Source: Chloroflexota bacterium
Lineage (GTDB): Bacteria; Chloroflexota; Dehalococcoidia; Lucifugimonadales; UBA3495
NCBI GenBank assembly: GCA_027623675.1
Contig: JAQBVF010000043.1
Coordinates: 1 to 11,195, forward strand
Direction: 5' to 3'
DNA: 11,195 bases
In this document: in pieces, positions 8,934-11,195 of the stretch
How positions within the stretch are numbered: position 1 is the first letter of the stretch
Layout: every line of letters begins with the position of its first letter
The notes under the pieces: generated by a model
Database searches by the model: none
What the model was told of the DNA's origin: nothing
What the model saw: only the letters and a program-made list of their open reading frames with translations
Position numbers and translations under genes: made by a program

Positions 8934-9971
8934 CTACAGCCGGGTCCGCCATTGGTTTTGCAGGTACTGCTTGGCCGTCTGCACGAAGAATCCCTGAAGC
9001 AGGCCGACCTCTCGGGAACTGATGGAGCCGAACCGTGCGTCGGCATTATTGTTGGCTTCACGCATCGTCTCGTGATACCTGGCCCACCAGTCTTGACCGG
9101 TGCCCCAGGCGTCGGCCACCAGGTCTTCAAGGATCCGTGCCACGTGGACCCGTTGCACCGGCAGTGCGTCCTTGGGTGAGCGGTGGAGCAGCGCGACATC
9201 GAAGTGCGGTCCCGGCGCGTTGATAATCTTGTCCGGGTAAACGGTGATGTTGTAGCTGTCTTTCCCGGTGTACTCGCCCTTGCCGGCCTCAACGCCGCTG
9301 GCGGCGCGGAGGAACTGGAGGGTGGAATAGGCGTTCCGAAGCTGCAGCGGGTAGGTCGTTTCTGGGTCTCTGGACATGCCGCGCTGGGGCAGGACCAGGT
9401 GCAGCACCACGCTGAAGTTGTAGGAAGTGCCGCGGGCTTCCGCTAGGGCCGCCAGCAGCACGGGCAGCGCTCCCACCGTGCCGCCGCCCAGGAACGCGAT
9501 GACGTGGATCCTCAGATAGGTCACGCCCTCATAGTAGGGACAGACCTGTTCGATGGTGGCGTCGATGTGGCCACGTAGGTTGCCGTAGTTGAATCTTGCG
9601 GCCACCCCGGCGTTGGCCAGGGTTCCCAAAGCTCCCTCGCGGGATAGGCTGAGATTCTTAAGTTCAGGCACGCACTCGGTAATCCACGGGCGCATGTCGC
9701 GTAGGTTGGAGAAGTGGGGCAGGGTTAGTGGGATGAACCGGGCGGACCGGGAAATCTCGCCGCGAGTGGCTTCCCGGGTGTCCATATAGAGGTAGCCAAG
9801 GCTCTTTCGGTCGGAGAAGCTCCAGTGGGTGGAGACCTCTTCCAGTCTTCGGGCAATCTGGCAACTGGTGGATCCGAGGCCAATGACCACGGAAGGCGAA
9901 GCGATGCGGTTTTCAGTCTTTTTGACGCCGACACGCGGCATCGACCCATCCTGAATCGTCGGTGTAACCAT
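8934..9971 (-). CDS. FtsZ/tubulin-like domain protein (Tubulin_2 / FtsZl1-like) with degenerate GTP-binding loops
   Basis: Motifs in the expected order: VVIGLGSTS (T1), YLYMDT (T2), EGALG (T3), HVIAFLGGGTVG (T4 signature), HLVLP, RNAYSTLQFL, PHFDVALL, FGSIS. ATG 9971 is preceded by GGAGGT. Confidence 0.8.
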   Translation of the reverse strand: MVTPTIQDGSMPRVGVKKTENRIASPSVVIGLGSTSCQIARRLEEVSTHWSFSDRKSLGYLYMDTREATRGEISRSARFIPLTLPHFSNLRDMRPWITECVPELKNLSLSREGALGTLANAGVAARFNYGNLRGHIDATIEQVCPYYEGVTYLRIHVIAFLGGGTVGALPVLLAALAEARGTSYNFSVVLHLVLPQRGMSRDPETTYPLQLRNAYSTLQFLRAASGVEAGKGEYTGKDSYNITVYPDKIINAPGPHFDVALLHRSPKDALPVQRVHVARILEDLVADAWGTGQDWWARYHETMREANNNADARFGSISSREVGLLQGFFVQTAKQYLQNQWRTRL

Positions 9972-10061
9972 TAGACCTCCTGCTCCCGACACACCCCAAC
10001 TGAATCAAAAACGCTATGTGATTTGGATATGAGGGTACCCATATTAAGGACAGAATAATAA

Positions 10062-10089
10062 TTTATAATGTCCGTCGCCATGTTGTCAA
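10062..10089 (-). promoter_or_regulatory. Sigma70-type promoter for the tubulin-like operon
   Basis: Minus strand reads TTGACA (10089-10084), a 16-nt spacer, then TATAAA (10067-10062), in an AT-rich patch about 90 nt upstream of the ATG. Confidence 0.6.
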
Positions 10090-10171
10090 ACACCGTAAGA
10101 GTATCCTGCAAGTTTCGTATACATATCCTATAGCGGCGGCGGATTACATAACCTAATAGACAAACTTCGGA

Positions 10172-10401
10172 CGGAATGGCCTATCGAGTGCAAAAGCGAC
10201 CGTCATGGCGGTGCAGCTAGGCGTGAAGCCCTCGGCTCGCTGGATCAACATAACCGTCACCGCAGGACCGGGATACCCACGCTTCTTAGGATACAGCGGC
10301 GCCGCCGGAGGGCAAAGGTAAATACTTGCGACTTTTGGCGAAAAAATCGACCCGGTGACCCGGCGAGACGGATTTGGGATACCCAAACTAAGGCTGTTTC
10401 G
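10172..10401 (+). ncRNA. Candidate structured non-coding RNA of unknown family
   Basis: Nested long-range helices 10172-10182/10391-10401, 10191-10198/10329-10337, 10228-10246/10290-10313 plus local hairpins. G-U wobbles favour the + strand. Followed directly by an intrinsic terminator. Confidence 0.45.
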
Positions 10402-10408
10402 GGCAACC

Positions 10409-10445
10409 AAAAAGGCGCGGTTGACATAATCATCCGCGCCTTTTT
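10409..10445. terminator. Bidirectional intrinsic terminator
   Basis: Perfect inverted repeat AAAAAGGCGCGG (10409-10420) / CCGCGCCTTTTT (10434-10445), giving a U-tract on both strands. Lies downstream of the VOC gene (-) and of the candidate RNA (+). Confidence 0.88.
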
Positions 10446-10510
10446 CTATCGTCAGCCGGGTGCGATCGTTCGGCTGTCTCCATGGGGTTCGGCCTGGGTT
10501 CCCGGCAGGA

Positions 10511-10918
10511 CTAAAGATAGACCATCCACTCGAGCAGGTTGTGGTCGGGGTCGCGGGCGTACATGCTCACGGCGGGTAGCGCCCCTCTGGCGCGGGCGCC
10601 CTTGCGGGGCCCGGGGCCGCGTATGATGTCGACCCCGGCATCGGCCAGCATCTTCTGGCATTCTTCGGCCGTGCCGTCCCAAACGAAACAGATATCGGCT
10701 GAGCCGGGCAGGGCTGTGTCACCGCGCAGGCTCGCCGTATAGCCCTCAGGGTGGACGTTTATCTTGGACTCGCCGACCTGTATGGAGAAGATATTGGCTT
10801 CCCCAGCCCTCCACTCTGCTTCATCGTTGATCGCGAAACCAAGCTTCTTATAGAAGGCGATCAATCGGTCAGCGTCGGCGGTGGGCATTGCCATATGGTC
10901 GATGCCAGAGGTACCCAT
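10511..10918 (-). CDS. VOC (glyoxalase/bleomycin resistance/dioxygenase) family protein
   Basis: GIDHMAM, FYKKLGF, KINVH, PGSADICF, GPGPRKGARA, SMYARDPDHNLLE. GGAGG RBS upstream. Confidence 0.9.
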   Translation of the reverse strand: MGTSGIDHMAMPTADADRLIAFYKKLGFAINDEAEWRAGEANIFSIQVGESKINVHPEGYTASLRGDTALPGSADICFVWDGTAEECQKMLADAGVDIIRGPGPRKGARARGALPAVSMYARDPDHNLLEWMVYL

Positions 10919-11057
10919 GTGGAGCCTCCATCAGATTTCGGTATCAGACATCCGGCGTGCCAGAGCGTTGCCAGACGGTTGGCTGAGAGTCCCTGGCCGG
11001 ATTTTCCCAATACTATCTTCAACCGCCTACGCTGGCAAGGGTTTTTCCCATGCCTGG

Positions 11058-11195
11058 CAAGGCAATCGCATCTCATAGGGATAACACCTTGAGAAGATAG
11101 TCCTCATCCCAGCCGGCCCTCAATCTTCTGGCCTTGACCCCACCTTTGGAACTGGTTTCCCGTCTGATCATGTTCAAGGCCATGTGTCTCATGGT
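11058..11195 (-). mobile_element. Right end of an ISAs1-family insertion sequence
   Basis: Transposase C-terminus whose stop abuts a terminal IR-like sequence, CAAGGCAATCGCATCTCA (11058-11075), similar to CAGGGC-type ISAs1 ends. Confidence 0.8.
11073..11195 (-). CDS. ISAs1-family (H-repeat) transposase, C-terminal fragment running off the window edge
   Basis: Not in the ORF track. Minus-strand translation TMRHMALNMIRRETSSKGGVKARRLRAGWDEDYLLKVLSL* matches the typical ISAs1 C-terminus (RHxALNxxR..K..K.xRxxAGWDxxYLxKVL). Confidence 0.88.
   Translation of the reverse strand, partial: TMRHMALNMIRRETSSKGGVKARRLRAGWDEDYLLKVLSL

Noticed and set aside
8132..9022. 296-aa + strand ORF
   Set aside because: Ser/Arg-rich antisense shadow of the 520-aa gene.
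7360..10100. TubZRC type III plasmid partition system or canonical ftsZ
   Set aside because: No small TubR-like DNA-binding gene, no iteron array and no dcw-cluster context. The motifs fit Tubulin_2/FtsZl1 better.
10110..10168. dif/lox-like half sites (TTCGTATA; TTATGTAATCC on the minus strand)
   Set aside because: Only one arm matches in each case, and there is no recombinase gene in the window.
10180..10330. SAM-I riboswitch or SRP RNA identity for the structured region
   Set aside because: Only short fragments are similar (TATCGAG, TGAAGCCCTCGGC, CAGGACCGG). The conserved cores are absent and there is no downstream gene on that strand.
10153..10410. 85-aa minus-strand ORF
   Set aside because: Its TTG start lies at the terminator U-tract with no RBS and no motifs. 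The region is better explained as structured RNA.
10421..10430. TTGACA in the terminator loop as a promoter -35
   Set aside because: No acceptable -10 at 16-18 bp, and it would point antisense into the VOC gene.
1..11195. CRISPR array, tRNA or rRNA genes
   Set aside because: No regularly spaced repeats, cloverleaf/T-arm signatures or rRNA conserved blocks were seen.

Overview
GC-rich bacterial window. The gene mix (HpcH aldolase, beta-hydroxyacid dehydrogenase, VOC and nitroreductase families, REP-like GAGCCCGTCGAA repeat) is reminiscent of Dehalococcoidia/SAR202 Chloroflexota; this is inference only. Gene order: orphan SagB/ThcOx-type double nitroreductase (+), divergent HpcH/HpaI aldolase-like gene (-) head-to-head with an MmsB/GarR-type dehydrogenase (+), a PAS-GAF-PAS histidine kinase and response regulator (+), a bidirectional terminator, a two-gene operon (-) encoding a degenerate FtsZ/tubulin-like (Tubulin_2/FtsZl1-type) domain and a 520-aa partner, a ~230-nt extensively base-paired intergenic segment followed by a terminator (candidate ncRNA, +), a VOC/glyoxalase gene (-), and the 3' end of an ISAs1-family IS. 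The most interesting parts are the apparently split tubulin-like system with non-canonical GTP-binding loops and the adjacent candidate structured RNA. All alignments and pairings were done by eye.
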